From NCBI GenBank assembly GCA_024704765.1, contig JAKMXF010000035.1:3166-67165 (forward strand): a stretch of 64,000 bases of DNA, in the 5' to 3' direction. The position numbers were made by a program, and so were the translations under genes. Shown here piece by piece: positions 23,801 to 38,230 of this stretch; the stretch's first letter is position 1; each line of letters starts with the position of its first letter. The notes beneath the pieces are model-generated. The model worked only from the letters and a program-made list of their open reading frames with translations, searched no databases and had not been told where the DNA came from. This stretch comes from Oopsacas minuta. Its lineage: Eukaryota > Animalia > Porifera.

Positions 23801-26704
23801 TTAGGCCCTACAGGAATAGTGGGTGTTACATCCTGTGTAATAGTGTCCCAATCCTCTGAAGGAGAACTCACGTTATACATTCTATCCATACACACAGCAT
23901 CATGAAGGTCTGTTACAAGCGCGAGTATACCCTGCATACTTACAGTACTGCCTTGATAAGGAGGAGATGATGTCCAGTCTGAAGCATGCTTAACTACAGC
24001 CTCGTTAGGAATACTCATGTCTAGTTTAATAGGTTGTGACACAGCACATGATGTTAGCCCAGCTCTGTTGATGGCACGTAGCGCAACGAAGTAGAATTTA
24101 TCAGGCAGAACATCGAGCACATAAAACGTATGATTAGTGACATTAGTGATTGTAGTTAGGCCAGTGAGTTCATCACAATTATCAAGATTACAGCCATCTT
24201 GCTCAACTAATTGAATTTGATAGTTTGAAATCGCACTCTCTGGATCATAGAAGCCGACCCATGTAACATAGACTGTATTGTTTGTTGTTATATACGAGAT
24301 CTGAGGCTGAGTTGAATCAGGTCGTAAGCTAGTAACGTTATAACCTATATTAAACCAACCTAGTACAGGTGGGGTAATGTCTATAACAACTGGGTTGGAC
24401 ACTGCAGCCATACATCGGAATGAATCATCAATAACTCGGATATAAGCATAGTATTTTGTATCACCTTGCAACTCTAATCCCGATACTACTACAGATGAAG
24501 TAGACCCTGTTCTAGTGTACTGTCTTACTGTGAAGACTTCTCCGAGAGGATTAGCTGCATTCTCCAAGCTCTCACACGAGAAATTAGCTAAAGAATCGTT
24601 AGTACTGATAGCATATTCATATGATACGATTGGAAGCAGAGATGAGAAATCCATCCAGTTAATACCAAGATATGTCGTCACAGATTGGAATAGAGGAATA
24701 CTCACAGAACCGGCTTGTATAATATTCTCAAATTCTATAGGCTCTATTCCATTAGAGGTTACAGTAGCAATTGAGAATGTCCCGCTTGTAGCTCTAACCG
24801 TGACGTAATATATAACATCTAATTCAAGAGTTAAACCATCCATAGTGATAGATGTGTTAAGGTATACTGAGTGTAGAGCTACTACATTGAATCTGCCATC
24901 TCCAGTTGTTTCATTTCCTATTCCTAGTTCATATTGGATAACTTTCTCGGATAATCTTGTCGGATTTGTACCACCAAACGAATTCCAGTTTGCTATTATC
25001 GTTGTTAAGGAAGCTTGGTGATTGAAATCCACGCCAGGGTAGGGTCCGTCGTATACGATCCCGGGGATGAGAGGTTCGACCTGTACTGTGATACCATTTG
25101 ACCTAGCAGATCGGATATACCCTAGAGGACTAGCAAAGTTGACTATGACGTATACTCTGCTTTCGTGTCCTAATGCAAGGTTATCATTAGATGAGTCTCT
25201 AGTAATTACTGTAGTATAATTCTGTATAAATGTCTGATTGAAATAGAATATAGCCCAACTATAGTTAACACCAGGACAATAATCATTAAAGTCCCAGGAA
25301 GCTTCTATATAGGAAGTTCCGCTTTGAGCCTCTAAATCCTCAGAATTAGATCCGTCGTATACAATAGCAGTGATAGGATTATGCAGTGAAATGTATATTT
25401 CTTGTGAATTAGCAACCTGAAGCAGTCCTAATCTATTAAATCCTCTTACAATAACGTAGATTGATGTGTAACGGGTAAGATCGAGGCCTTCTATATAGTA
25501 TTCATCGACAAGACCGACATTTAGATAGTTCATGATGTTAATCTGTCCACGGTTCTCTCCTAGACCTATTTCATAATATTCCATTGGAGTTTCGCCATCA
25601 ATAAATTCTTCCCATTTTACTCTAATATTCGTAATTATTGTTTTACACTGAGTAACAGCAGAATCGTTCATATAACTGAATGTTGTGTTCAGCTGTCCTG
25701 TTGGTAAGAAACTGGATATAGTTTGGTCGATCAATACACTTACAGATCCTGGTATTGGGGGAGTATTGTCAACTATCAGAGTAGCAAATGCGTAATTCGT
25801 TAACCCGACACTGTTAATGATCCTTAGTGTATATGTGAGTACTCCTTGGATTAGGGGTGTTGAGAAGTTTGTTATAGCAACACGGAGAGTACTACTTTCC
25901 AATAACTCTGAATAATATGTTTTATCAAGTTCACTATTACCTAAATCCAGCTGATAGTTTACTATTTCACTGTACCTATCAAAAGCACCATGCCAGTTAC
26001 AAGTTAGCGAGCCAGTTGAATTTAGAGCATAAGAAGTACAGGCGAATTCCAATAGCTGAATATTAGGGATACGCGTATCTATGGTGATACCTGGTGCTAT
26101 AAGGAATGTGGATACTCCTGCTTTATTGAATGTAGTAATCTGGAGTATGTTAGGTTTTCCTGTCTGGATAGGATCAACAGCATTTGTACCCAGGCTCATT
26201 CTAGATGTTGTCCTCGGTGTCCTTATGTCGTCACTATAAGGATACGAGCCGACTTTATATTGGAAGTGCTGTATACCACTCTGAGGATCAGTACCATTCC
26301 ATTGTGCCACAAGCGTTGATGGGTTAAATTGATATATTCTAGCATCTGGTTCTGGATTTTCAAAAACTGTACCATTAGTCCTTAGCCCTAATCCTCTGAG
26401 GGATATTAGTGGAGCTGTCCAATCAACGATTATTACTACAAAAATTAAAGTAAATATTATCTGACTTGAAATACATGACGTAGTCTGTCGTAGTTAGCTA
26501 ATTCCTCAACTACTCGCGTATATATGATAGAATCGAATTTGAGTATTCAGTAAGGTTATGTAAACAAAATGACGTTGCCTAGCAGACTGAGATGGCGGTA
26601 GTTATGTAGTATTTGTAAATACCAATTACAATATGAAATATTTAGAACCTTCGTTTGTCTCACATTACAATCTCTCTGGTCATAAATTTTCAACAATACA
26701 AGTA

Positions 26705-27079
26705 CAGTGCAGCCTCTATAAGTGGAGGAGTGGGGGATACTATAGAGGAAATTATGCCTCACACCATTAAAATTTACTTCTATAAGTGGAGAATTCTATG
26801 GAAATTTGAAAAACCACATATTAATCGCTATGATGAATATCAATCTTTGGGTTTCTCTGAAAAGAATTTCTATTACAAATTATTATATTCAATCAACAAC
26901 TTTATGGCAAATTATACTAATCAAATATCGGTGAAAAGAGGGTCGTTAGAGCAAGTGGCTATACATATTGACTCAAATATCTCTCATTCAAGGACATTTA
27001 CATTTGAAATTATGAATGGGGAGTGGGGTTATCAGGGGATTCGCCTGCCCGACGATCCCCACTTATAGAGGTTCTACTG
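26705..27079. mobile_element. Tc1/pogo-like MITE with TA TSD
   Basis: TA|CAGTGCAGCCTCTATAAGTG ... CACTTATAGAGGTTCTACTG|TA; related copy at ~53570-53937. Confidence 0.85.
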
Positions 27080-27730
27080 TAGTAAATGTGGATTACACAA
27101 TCTGTGATAAGAAATACAAAGAATTTAACGGACGGGGGATGAGAAACAATAAATTACTTTACGTAGCTAATACACATATTGAATTTACAATTGATAATTA
27201 CATAGCTCCCAAGTTAGAGTTAGCCCAATGCGGACATATTATGGGACCCTTGAAATATCACAAACTTACCATGTCCGAAGCTATTAATAGTAGACTGTCG
27301 GTTATCAGTAGAGCAAGCAGTTACAGCTTTAACCTCCGTATAGATACTCTCCCCCAGTACCAGAGGTATCAGGGCCTGTGCTACACCAGCACCATCCTCT
27401 TCAGTAACAACGCCAGCAGTAGATGTCTCTTGTATCTGATCCTCTGCAAATGTTGTACCAATTGACCATTCATAGTATTGTATACTACAGAGCTCGCTTG
27501 AGAATCCCTCAAACCTTAGAGTTATTGTATCTCTCTCTGGCTGGTAATTTCCACTGATGCCTACACCTGAGTGACCCACTGTTACTACTCCTGCTACGTT
27601 AGCACGTAGTACCTACAAGGAATGAAACGAGTTATCTCAGTTGAATATCAGAAATATAGGAAATTACTAGCTATAGCGGGACACTTGGCAAGTATTGTAT
27701 TCGATATTCCTAATATTTCAACCTTTTCAA

Positions 27731-28119
27731 TCTCTATATATAAACTAAAGCCTGTGTCTCTGGGCCGATTCGAACCAAATTTTGTGTGTCGACTAAGTAG
27801 TACTCAACATTTCCAAATCAGAATTATTATTCGAATCGAACCAATTTTTGGACAAGATGTGTGAATTTCACACCTCGCCCATATAAATCAATGCATTTTC
27901 GGAGGACTCTGATTGGTCAACGTTGGCCAATCAGATTCCTTCCTTTGTATAAGAGTTTTCAAATTAGGCATAAAGAAGTTTTCCGTTCCATCTAAACTAT
28001 TACATACCGACGCGTGCCGTTCGCTAACTTCAAAAGACAATCGTGAGGGCCAAAGGCCCGAAAAAGCATTCCGCAGGAACTAGCAGAAAAGTCCTCCCAG
28101 AGTGCGGCGTTGCGGCTAG
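27731..28119 (+). mobile_element. Non-autonomous Helitron-like element, copy 2
   Basis: A|TC 5' end, CTAG|T 3' end, no TSD; homologous to copies 1 and 3. Confidence 0.7.
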
Positions 28120-29472
28120 TATCTAATAAAAATCTTTCGATACTCATCGTATCGATTTCGGTATTTGTAAAACCTTGGTAGTACCTTTATCTTAGTTGAT
28201 ACACGACGATCTGACAATAGTCCAGCTCCGTTTTTAGCTCTCACGGTAACATAATAGTACTTCCCTGTATCCTCAAACAGCTGTAACTCTACTGGTATTA
28301 TTACATTTATATCTGCAGAGTATAGCTGGTAGTCTAGTATATCAGTTCCCTCAGAAGATGTGCCTACTGCTGCCTCAAACCCAGCAATACCACTGTCGAT
28401 ATCAGTAGCCACCCATTGTACTGGAATACCATCTGAATTACCTATCTCCACCTATAGAATTAGTAATCAGTTATATTGTTGAATATTTTACATTATGGAT
28501 ATCATGGTTAATAGAAGGTTGGGTGAATTTAACAAATTTTCCTCAATCAATTGGCTATGGGTCGATTTATGAGCCACTGACGGACCTGTAGTATAACAGT
28601 GGTACAGAATTGGAATCCGGTTCACTTTTCAGAATCATACCAGACCCAAATCACCCAACCCGAATCGACCCTATCCGAAACTCGACCCGTTTCCAACTCT
28701 GCAGTAACACTGGCTTATGATTTTATTATTATAAAAAATTAACAAATTCAGATTTTACAACTTTTCTAATAACTACTATCAAAAATAATTTTCTGCAAGG
28801 AATAATCTCATAACGTCTCATATCGCAGAAAACATTCATTTTCTCAACCAAGAAATTTTGAATTGTTTAATACAGTGGGAGTGGAATTTGTATATTCCCA
28901 AAGATCATATTATGCAGGTTACACTTCAATAAACTCACAGATCCATCCTCTGTCCTCTCCTCAGACTCATCACCATACGTATCAATTCTAACAAAATCAA
29001 TTATCGGTGCTGTATTATCCGGTATAATACCAGTAGATGAATATGAAGTAGATAGATCTGCCCTGTTAACTGGTGTAATCCTAACTGTATACAGAGTACC
29101 AGAACTTAGCTGTAGTGTATCATCACTCCAGCATGTGAGTACTCCTGATTCTCCTATTGATTGAGGCTGTATTGTAATGTCTATTAATGGATCTTTTGGG
29201 TAGAATTTGGAAGTAGATCCTTGACTAGTTGCGAATATTGTTAGTCTGTATTCTTTTATCCCAGATTCTGGATCAATCATTATCCATGAAGCAGATAGTT
29301 GAGTTATCGAAGTCTGAAATGACTCATCTACGAGAGGGCTAGGTCCGTCGTAGAGATGAATTACTCTCGGAGGCGTTGAGTCAATGAGGAATCCTAAAAA
29401 GTAATTATTTCAAGTCTAGCATAACTATTCTTTGATAAATTTACAGTATTCGAACCTAGATACATCTAACTC

Positions 29473-29551
29473 AGCGGTTCCAACCTTTCTCAACGGTGGA
29501 CCCCCTTTGCTAATTTAAATACATTCTGTTGACCCCAGGTTGGGAACCGCT
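29473..29551. mobile_element. Short hAT/Charlie-like MITE
   Basis: TIRs CAGCGGTTCCAACCT / AGGTTGGGAACCGCTG; related ends at ~48810-48860. No clean TSD seen. Confidence 0.55.
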
Positions 29552-32500
29552 GATAATTTAACTGAATAAGTTATTGGCAATGGCGGTCCCATGAGATTTT
29601 GCCCCGGATTTGAAAATCTTGGCCCCGTCCCGGCCCCGGTTTCGCCAGATCCTCAGACCACCACTGGCTATTATATAAAAGATTTGTACCGGATTTGAAA
29701 TCTTGGCCCCAGCCTTGCCTCAGGCTATACAAATCCTGGGAGCGCCCCTGTATACAGGTGGGAAATATTCAAGTCCATTGAGATATGCAACTACTCCGCC
29801 AGTACAAAACCTTAGTAACTATTATTATTGAATGTTACATGTTTTCTCAGAAAAAACATTTAATTGTTGATAAAAGTGCAAACCACCGATTAGACTAGTC
29901 GCTTGGTCAGAAACAGAACCATACAAATATCGCTAAATTACTCCAGTAAATCTGGTCAAAATAGTTTGGTCGGATGTGACCCTATTAAATGAATTAAACA
30001 CTAATTATGAGTAAATGAATACTCCTTAACATACCATGACTGCTTGCATCAGTTGTCGAGTAGCTCCATCTATACCAGTGATTGTAGTTCTGATGTAATC
30101 TCCGTGAGAGAACTCAAATGTGTTCATATTTATTTGCTGCTTCAGGGCAACATTAGTTGATTCTGCTTCAACTCTGAATGTAACCTACAAATATAGTAAA
30201 GAAATTAATGGTGAAGATATAGTGATTATTTCTTGCCTATGTATTTGTCCAGATACTGAAATACGTAATGTAATTATTGACTGATTGTGATTTGGATATT
30301 TGGACATAGCAGCCACATAAAAGCAAAGCCAGCTGCTCAACACAGCGAGTGGTAGCCATTATTTCTCCGCCTACTGGCAACAAGCCTGTCTGTAATGGAC
30401 AACCTCTCTATAATCTCCTCGGTGGCAGTTATAAACAATGTGACTATAATATTATATTTCCCTATGTCAATGTGTGTTGTGTTATCCATGTTATACTCTA
30501 CCTTACAGTGCGAACACGTTAATACGAACACTAACGGAAAGTCAAAATGTGTTCGCTATATCTGGAGTAATACCAATTGAATAACCATTCTAGAAATCTA
30601 ATATTGTATAAATATTTGTTCATCTTTTCCAGAAATTTAAAAGTGTTCGTATTAACATGTCTCATTGTATACAAAATCAAACTTACATCAGCAGGTGGAG
30701 TAAATGGTGGTTCAATAGGAATAACAGAGTTGTTAGAAGCAGCAGGACAATTCTGATTAAGGTTAGGTTCTGCATCAGCAGGTAAATACTCCAATACATT
30801 AGCTTTGTATATAGTAGCATTGTATTGAGCTATGCCAGACTCTGGATCAGAGAAATTACCCCAGACAGCCTGCACTGTAGTTGCTATATAAGTGTAGTAA
30901 AGATTACTGTTAGGATCCAGACCGTCCTTAACAAATCCTGCGATAGGGTTAGTCAGGTCTACAAGGACTCCGTTTGAGGAAGCAGATATATTTCTAGGAT
31001 GATCTGTATCTGCGTTGAATGCTATTACTGTTGAGTAGTACGTTGTATTATGCTTTAGGTCAAGACCTGATCTACATATCTCATCCTGATCAGAGGGAAG
31101 ATCTCCTGTGAAGGGGACAGTATTTGAGAGTCCAGGAGCTGTACCAGCACCCCAGCGGTACGCAGATATCCCGGATTGAGGGTCGACGAAGTTCCTCCAC
31201 TTCGCACAGAGTACAGAGCCTGAAGCTTGATATTTCCAGTCTGTATTACCGGGACCATCTCCATCTAATACTACTCCAGGGATAGGAGGAGTACGGTCTA
31301 CTATGATAGGACGTGGAGCGTAGGATGCGCTGCTGAGATCAACTAAGGAAGTCAGAACGTAAAGTATATGAAATTAACAATAAAGTCATGTAAAATAAAT
31401 AAAGAATATATTGATAATCGATGTGGGCGAAGGAGGGGGTAATTAATATCAGATGACTATAGCAGTATTAGAAAAAAGCAATAATTCATGATCAAATACA
31501 CAGCAATATGACTAACCTATAGTTATATTTAATAATATTCTTGGGTTTGTCTAACGGGCGATGATCGTTCGGAACGATGAACACCAATTAGTATGAAAAT
31601 ATGCTATACAACATTATAAGGTCAGATTTTCAAAAAGTCCTGAAGTCACGTTTGTTATTCCACCAATACTATCAAAGGAGTTCATCGTTCGGAACGATCA
31701 TCTCCCGTAGACAAACTTTAGATTATATTATCTTGTTTAATCAGTAAACAATTGACAAATAACCCTAAGTGATTGGACAGATGAGAGAAATGCTATTTAC
31801 CTCACTTTGAGGAATTGAGAATTAATGGTATAGTGTAACCTTCACAAACCGAGCCTGTGAAAATGGAGTGGAAAATGCCAGGTGCACACTAGATGTCACT
31901 ACGAGTACAGATGCCAAATTTGATGTCTTAATCACGAAAGTGTGAACAGCAGAGCAAAAACATCCCGTTTGTAGATACTACACTGGATGTTTTAAGTAGG
32001 ATAATGAGAATCTGTCTATCGTACACGCGGAATATTGGTATTCAGTGAATTTCTATTGCAGATGATATAGTATAAAGAGCTCAGCCTTGTCAGCTCAGCT
32101 CGACTAGAGGATAGTTTACGACCTTATTAGTGGTAGATACAATGAAATCACAGAGAATTTCATGAATCAAGTTATGTCCTACCAAATTCATGTAGTTTAC
32201 GATAAAGAAGTAAAGGCAGGATTGGCATTCGAACAGAGATCAGCAGATGAATAAAGTATGATCATACCAACTACACCATTGATACACTACGGTCATAAAC
32301 AACTAAATGCGAAATAAAAACTCATGTCATCAGAATCTAGTAAGAAAACACAAATCCACAATCAGCAGGCATGATCAATGAAGTCAAAACAAATTCAAAT
32401 GAAGATGAAAGCAAAACAAAATACACAAACCCGAGAGGTAATGAAATTATACATTGCACTACACGTTCTGCTAATGGCATAAACGGTGCTCTAGTAGAGC

Positions 32501-35179
32501 AGAGCTGTACAAAGCTGAGTTCTAGTAGAGCTGAGCTGTAAAAAGCTGAGCTCTATACATATATTATTACTTTCTAGTGATAATTAACACATTCATTACC
32601 ATGGTTAGTAGCTCTGATACGGATAAATGCTCTCGTCCCGTCTGGTACATCAATTTTGTGAGTGAGTGTTGCTGTACGGTTAATGAATATAGGAGTCCAT
32701 GCTAGTACGGCTATGTCACTAATAGTTAGACCTGCTCCCAACTCTACTTGCTGTAGTCCAGATAAATCGTCCCTAGTAATAGGAAAGATGTCAAAATTGA
32801 TATTAAATCCAGTCTCTGTTTATACTAAAAACTATAATATATTTGGACTTTAGAAATCGCGTAATCGCGTATGCCTGTATGTTCAATAGGCTATATGGAA
32901 CTGGAAGACAGCCAGGGCTGATTATTGGAACACAGGGGTATTTTGGGCCTGCCTCGGACAAGTTCGAGTTTTGGACCAAAATTCATACCTATGACGAAAT
33001 ATGACGCCATTGCCACATTTGGCTTTTAGAGAAATCACATTATTAACCACTACACAGCCAATATACATAATAGAAGCTTGAAATTTGAATCATAGGTACC
33101 TCAATGTGACAAATTTCCTGACGTCATTATTTTGACAAATGCAAACTCATCATGGAATTATTACGTCATCATGACTATAGAAAATAATCAAATTTTCCAA
33201 ATTTCGAAACATTTGAAAACTTTATAATACTCGAGGCACGAATTGCGCCAGATTTCATCCCAAAGCGACGTAGAAGCTCCAGTAGTGTAACTGTAAAATT
33301 TACATTTTAGCAATTCTGTGAATTCGAGGCACATAGTGCCGATATATTCTATTGGGTAGCGACCAATAACACTATAACATTTGGCTGTTTAATTGATACT
33401 TAAGCTAACCTGGAGCACGATTCTGTCGCGCAGCGACCTAGCAAGTGAATCGCGCTAGTGGATATGAATTCGAATAGCAAGTCAAAAGACATGATTAGAT
33501 TTCAATATTCTACAATCCACTAATCAATCCCGTGTATAGTATACACATTAATAATTATCAGTTTGATGTAAATCAGGTCTCGCTAAATGATAGTTATAGT
33601 GTAACAATAGCTAATGTTTGTAAGTAGAGTTGATTCGGTTTATTTGGTGCATTTTTCTACTAATAATTCAGACCATATCCTACTAACAAACGAGAAAATT
33701 CTGCTTTCGTTACGGCGGAATATGACAGTCCACAGATCTCAGGGAAGTAGGATGTCCCGATAAAATAGGAGCAGTTGTCAAGTTGGGACAATATTCTTGA
33801 AAAGTGCTCCAATTAAGTGAAGTCAAGTATACTTAAATACAATAATATTTCTCTACCATGCTTCATAGAAGAACGTTGATATGTTAGTATTCTCGTTGTA
33901 AGCTATACGAGTAACATTGGATATAATTGGAGGAGTAGTATCAATGATATATCGAGTAGAATGACAGAGAGACAAAACGCCAGATCCTCCAAATATAACT
34001 TGATTCAATGCTTGTACAGTAATATAGTATATACCGTCTTCAAAGTGCTGGGTAACTCTACCCTGGTTTATATCTGAGAGAGGAGATGTGGAGTCTGCAT
34101 TCGGATCTCTGGGAGTTAGAGCTCCCAATTCACAGGCTTCATAACCCATATACCAGGCATAAGCATATATTCCTATAAAGCAATAGATATAATTATAAGG
34201 AGTATATACGCGGATACAGTAATACATATTTACTTACAACTACAAAAGTTCGCATTCAATTTATATAATTAGTATTGGGTTAGTACGTACTCATTTTTGT
34301 GTACCGAAGGAGTGCGTCTCAGCCGAGTTCCACTGTTAGTTATGGCGGATAATTGTGATATTCTTGTAGGATGCAATTTAGTGAATATTATTATGCTCTA
34401 CGTATAACCAGGATGTAGAATAATCAGTCGCTAATCTATGAAATAGAAAAATGGCTCAATTGTACATTACCTTAGCTTTGGAAGATTTTAACGTTATTTA
34501 CAATCGTAATTTTAAAATGAAAGAAAGACAATTGGATTAAGGAAGAAGTAACAATTTTCAGAATGTGTATAGTACACTGTATGTAGATATACATGTGCTA
34601 CAGCCAGTCATGTATACTGCACTGGATTCCAATCTCTGATTCTATAAACATTATTTCTATTCTACAGAGACAGAATTGAATGGCAAGAATTAGAAATTTG
34701 GGCCCGGAATTGAAGAATGCAGTTCCCTGGGGTCGTTGGTGACATATGAGTAAAATACAAAATCTAAGAACATTTTAACTCACCACTTTGGTCGTCATGG
34801 AAACCTTGAAATGTAATACTAACAAATGAATTAAGTCTGGTATACTCCATATCATTCTGAATAGAGGGTCCATTAAAGATACACTCAGATCCTGGACCAT
34901 CCTGTATAATCCTGTGGTATTCGAGGGGTGTAACATACTCAATAGGTTCACACCTTTGATTGAAGGCTGCAGAGCATCCATCGTGTCTGGTTACATTCAT
35001 AGAAGCATTGTTAATAATGCCAGGCTCAGGTACAGTAAAATCGATAAGCATTCCTGATGAACGGACATAGCTCTCATAGAGTAGCTCGTTAACAATGTAT
35101 AGATTCAGGAAATAGAGTATGTCGTGTACTAACGGTAGATTCTCATACATGAAGCTAGCATGATTGCCTATACCACGCT

Positions 35180-35345
35180 TCTCATAGTAACTATACTGGA
35201 GATCAGAAGCGAACTGGATATTAGCATCAGCTCCAATATCATTGATTAACTCACATATACGAAGAACACTCGCATAGTTGAAAGAGAAACATTTTGTTGG
35301 GAAGAGAAGACAGTCTGCTTGGCAATCTGTTAGACTTACACCACT
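35180..35345 (-). other. PAN/apple domain
   Basis: SLTDCQADCLLFPTKCFSFNYASVLRICEL...YSYYEK has the PAN cysteine/aromatic pattern. Confidence 0.75.
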
Positions 35346-37899
35346 GGTTGTTTTAAATGCTGTCACTCCCAGCCGTTTGTTAGCGATAGTAAAGAATCCC
35401 TCCATTGTATCTTGAAGATCATATTGATTGAATTCAAATGGAGTGAATGGTACTGTTTGATCCCCTATTGGACCAGGCCCATAACCAATAGCTTGTGATT
35501 GATTCAATATATTCGTATCATCTACTATAGTACATTCACCAATGAGTTTTGAAGGGTGAGAAGAGAATATGTACGAGTTGAAATCTACTCTACCTGTAGA
35601 CAGAGTCATATCATATGTATCGAGACTGCATTCAGTAGAAGCACTAACTCCTTGTGAGTTCGAGGCACTAGCTGTCCAGTATAGCGGTATCCCTGCTATT
35701 AAACGTTTAGCTATGAGTGCTGTATTACCATTCATTCTCTCGTTATCTACTACATCTGTACCTCCAGGATATGTACCAATTGAATAGGTAAGCTCTGCCT
35801 GGCTCTTATCATCTGCTACACTAACTTGTAGTATAAATGCTGGGTTTGTATAATCCCTACCTTCTACTTGTGTTACGGTGCATGGTGTTGCTCCTGACGA
35901 TGTAGCTCGTCTCCTTCTTGAAGATTCCCCTTCGGCGATAGGAGAGAAGAGTGGGGGAGAATCGTCCATATCCAAATTAGACGCATCCAGGAGGGGAATC
36001 TGTATAGTAGGAGTAGACCAATGAAAGAGGTTAAAATCAATGATAGTTATTTCAATACTTGTAAAGAGTAGATTTATAGTAAGCTTAAGATAGATGCTTA
36101 CTGTTATGCTTAACGGGATAATATTAAGATCAACACGTAGTCTCAAAGCTAGAGGAAATGACTTGAATCCAATAGAAGGCTGTACAGGTAAATGTGTGTT
36201 ACAGATTTCACCAGTGATTTTGATACCAGCTTCTGCTATGCCGAATGACACAGAAGCAGTCCCGGTAGCTACCAATGCCACGAAGGGACTAACGTCTGCA
36301 TTAGCTACCATTGATATGAAACAAACTTGAGCGCCGATTTCAAGTCCGTATAACCCGTCGAGGCTAAATGTGAAGTGCACCGGAACCATACCGATGAAAA
36401 TGAATTCTTCTTCCATGTAGAAATTCTCTGTTTTTTGTCTCTTGAATGTTCCTTTAATGCATACATCAAATGTAGTAGGGAAATCAGTTTCATCTCCTCC
36501 AATAGGACTCTTTCCACTGATAAGTGCATTCAGTAATTCGTTTAAGAACACATTTCTCAGATCTTGCATCAGTTGATTGAGATTGTTAGTGGTGTTCCCA
36601 GCAGATCCAGAATCTCCAAGGTCCTTTATATACGTTACAAACTCACCGAGGGTCATGTTTAAGAAATCAGGTATCTTGATACCACAGGAAGTCACATCAC
36701 TATCCTCAGCCACTGCTCTCGTAGTTTTACTGGAATTACAGTTAAGTGGACTAGGAATTTGAAATCCAGCACTAGCTAGTAATGCTAAACTATAAAAGCA
36801 ATGAGAATAGTCTTCTGATGATTCATCAGGAGGACAGAGATGAGCTGTGAAATCCAAATAAATATTTGTATCTTTTCTCGTTAGTTTCAAGGCTAACTCA
36901 ACCGTTGCTATTCCTAATAACTCCACAGACTCCTGACCAATGTTAATTTCCATTCCACCGTATATGTCTGGGAGGTCTATCACTTTCTCCAAATCCTGGA
37001 ATTGAAGGGTAATCGATGGGGCACACGGATCTAATGTCACAGAAAATGACACCGAATACTGGAAGAAGTCTAGCCTAAGAGCAGCAGCACATTTAAGCGT
37101 CAGACAATCCTCAGTTATTGAGCACCATCTGTTAGTAGGAATAGCACTCTGTAAGCTCGGACATAGATCTGATGGTAGAGCTATTAACTCGGCGATCAGT
37201 TGATCTCTGTCTCCTTGAGTTGGTAATCCTCTTACCTTCAGTAAATCCTGTATTGATTGTAGATCTAGGAGTGAAGGATCGGTTAACTGTTCATTTGAAC
37301 AGTCTAGAGCTTCTCGTAAATACTCAATAGTATTCTCTACAGTAGTAATTATCTCGGCTACCTCTGGCGTAGAGAGAGCCTTCAATATATCCAATGCTTG
37401 TCCAACTTTAATTGTATTAACAGAAAAGTTAAATGACCCTCCTTCACCTTCTCCTTTAACGACAATATTAAATCCTGAACTCGTGTCTTGTGCATACTTT
37501 TCTTCCTGTTGCATTGTGAAGTATTTCCCAAGATTTGATCCAATTGGACGATCCAAGGGACCTCTTGGTCCGTTAGCAGATGCCTCGGGTAAAAGCCCAC
37601 TCATAGCCGTGGGGTCCCCGCCAATAGCATCTGCATATTTAGGCTTATAAGCAGATTTATTGGGTGGCTGTTTATCATTATTCGCTAACATGGGATTATC
37701 ACAGGAATCTGGACCAGTATTACACTGACCACGTACTGTCATGTCATTTCTAACCGGTTGCCCAACTATTCCTCCTTCTCGAATTACACTTCCTAGAACA
37801 ACTAATTGATAGTCATTACACTCTTGTATCCATTCAGGCGTTTCTAAGAAGCGAGGTTGTAGGAATGGATTAGGATCTGTTGTTGATCCTCTAGATTTG

Positions 37900-38230
37900 G
37901 TCATAACTGTAAAATGTATAAAGTTAGGATCACATCCTCCTGGATTGTCAGTAACTGTACCAATCTGATCGCCTCCTTCCACATTGACTCCTGCAGTAGA
38001 TATGGTTGCTAATAGCTCAACATTATGAATCAATATAACATATTTACTGAAAGAGCCTGTTGGAAATATTACACCTGATTATCTGGAACTCTCAGATATA
38101 ATCCACTAGTCGGTGCGACTAATATATCTCCAGAACTCATTTCAAGTTGTAATCCATCTTTATATACCGCAGGGTCTCCAGAAGTTGTTGGGTAGTATCC
38201 ACACTCACAGGTTGACTCCTCACAGCCATC
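37900..38230 (-). other. LECT2/M23 peptidase-like domain, metal ligands degenerate
   Basis: CECGYYPT..YKDGLQLEMSSGDILVAPTSG...GGDQIGTV...NFIHFTV parallels LECT2 (CGQY..[20 protein letters not shown]...KGEKLGTL...SHVHIE); split by the ~38073 frameshift. Confidence 0.6.

Larger units (their letters stand above)
21241..35950 (-). other. Array of ~18-20 Fn3/Ig-like repeats
   Basis: Recurring D-x-T-P-P-x-x-G-x-V-x-D-G ... W-x-x-F-x-D-x-E/Q-S-G-I-x-x-Y ... G-T-x-x-G-x-D motif (e.g. DRTPPIPGVVLDG, DLTNPIAGFVKDG, WGNFSDPESGI, WVGFYDPESAI). The count is by eye. Confidence 0.8.

Noticed and set aside
38056-38073. 18-nt gt..ag micro-intron to rescue the ~38073 frameshift
   Set aside because: Removing it leads to a TGA within nine codons; a 1-nt deletion explains the junction better.
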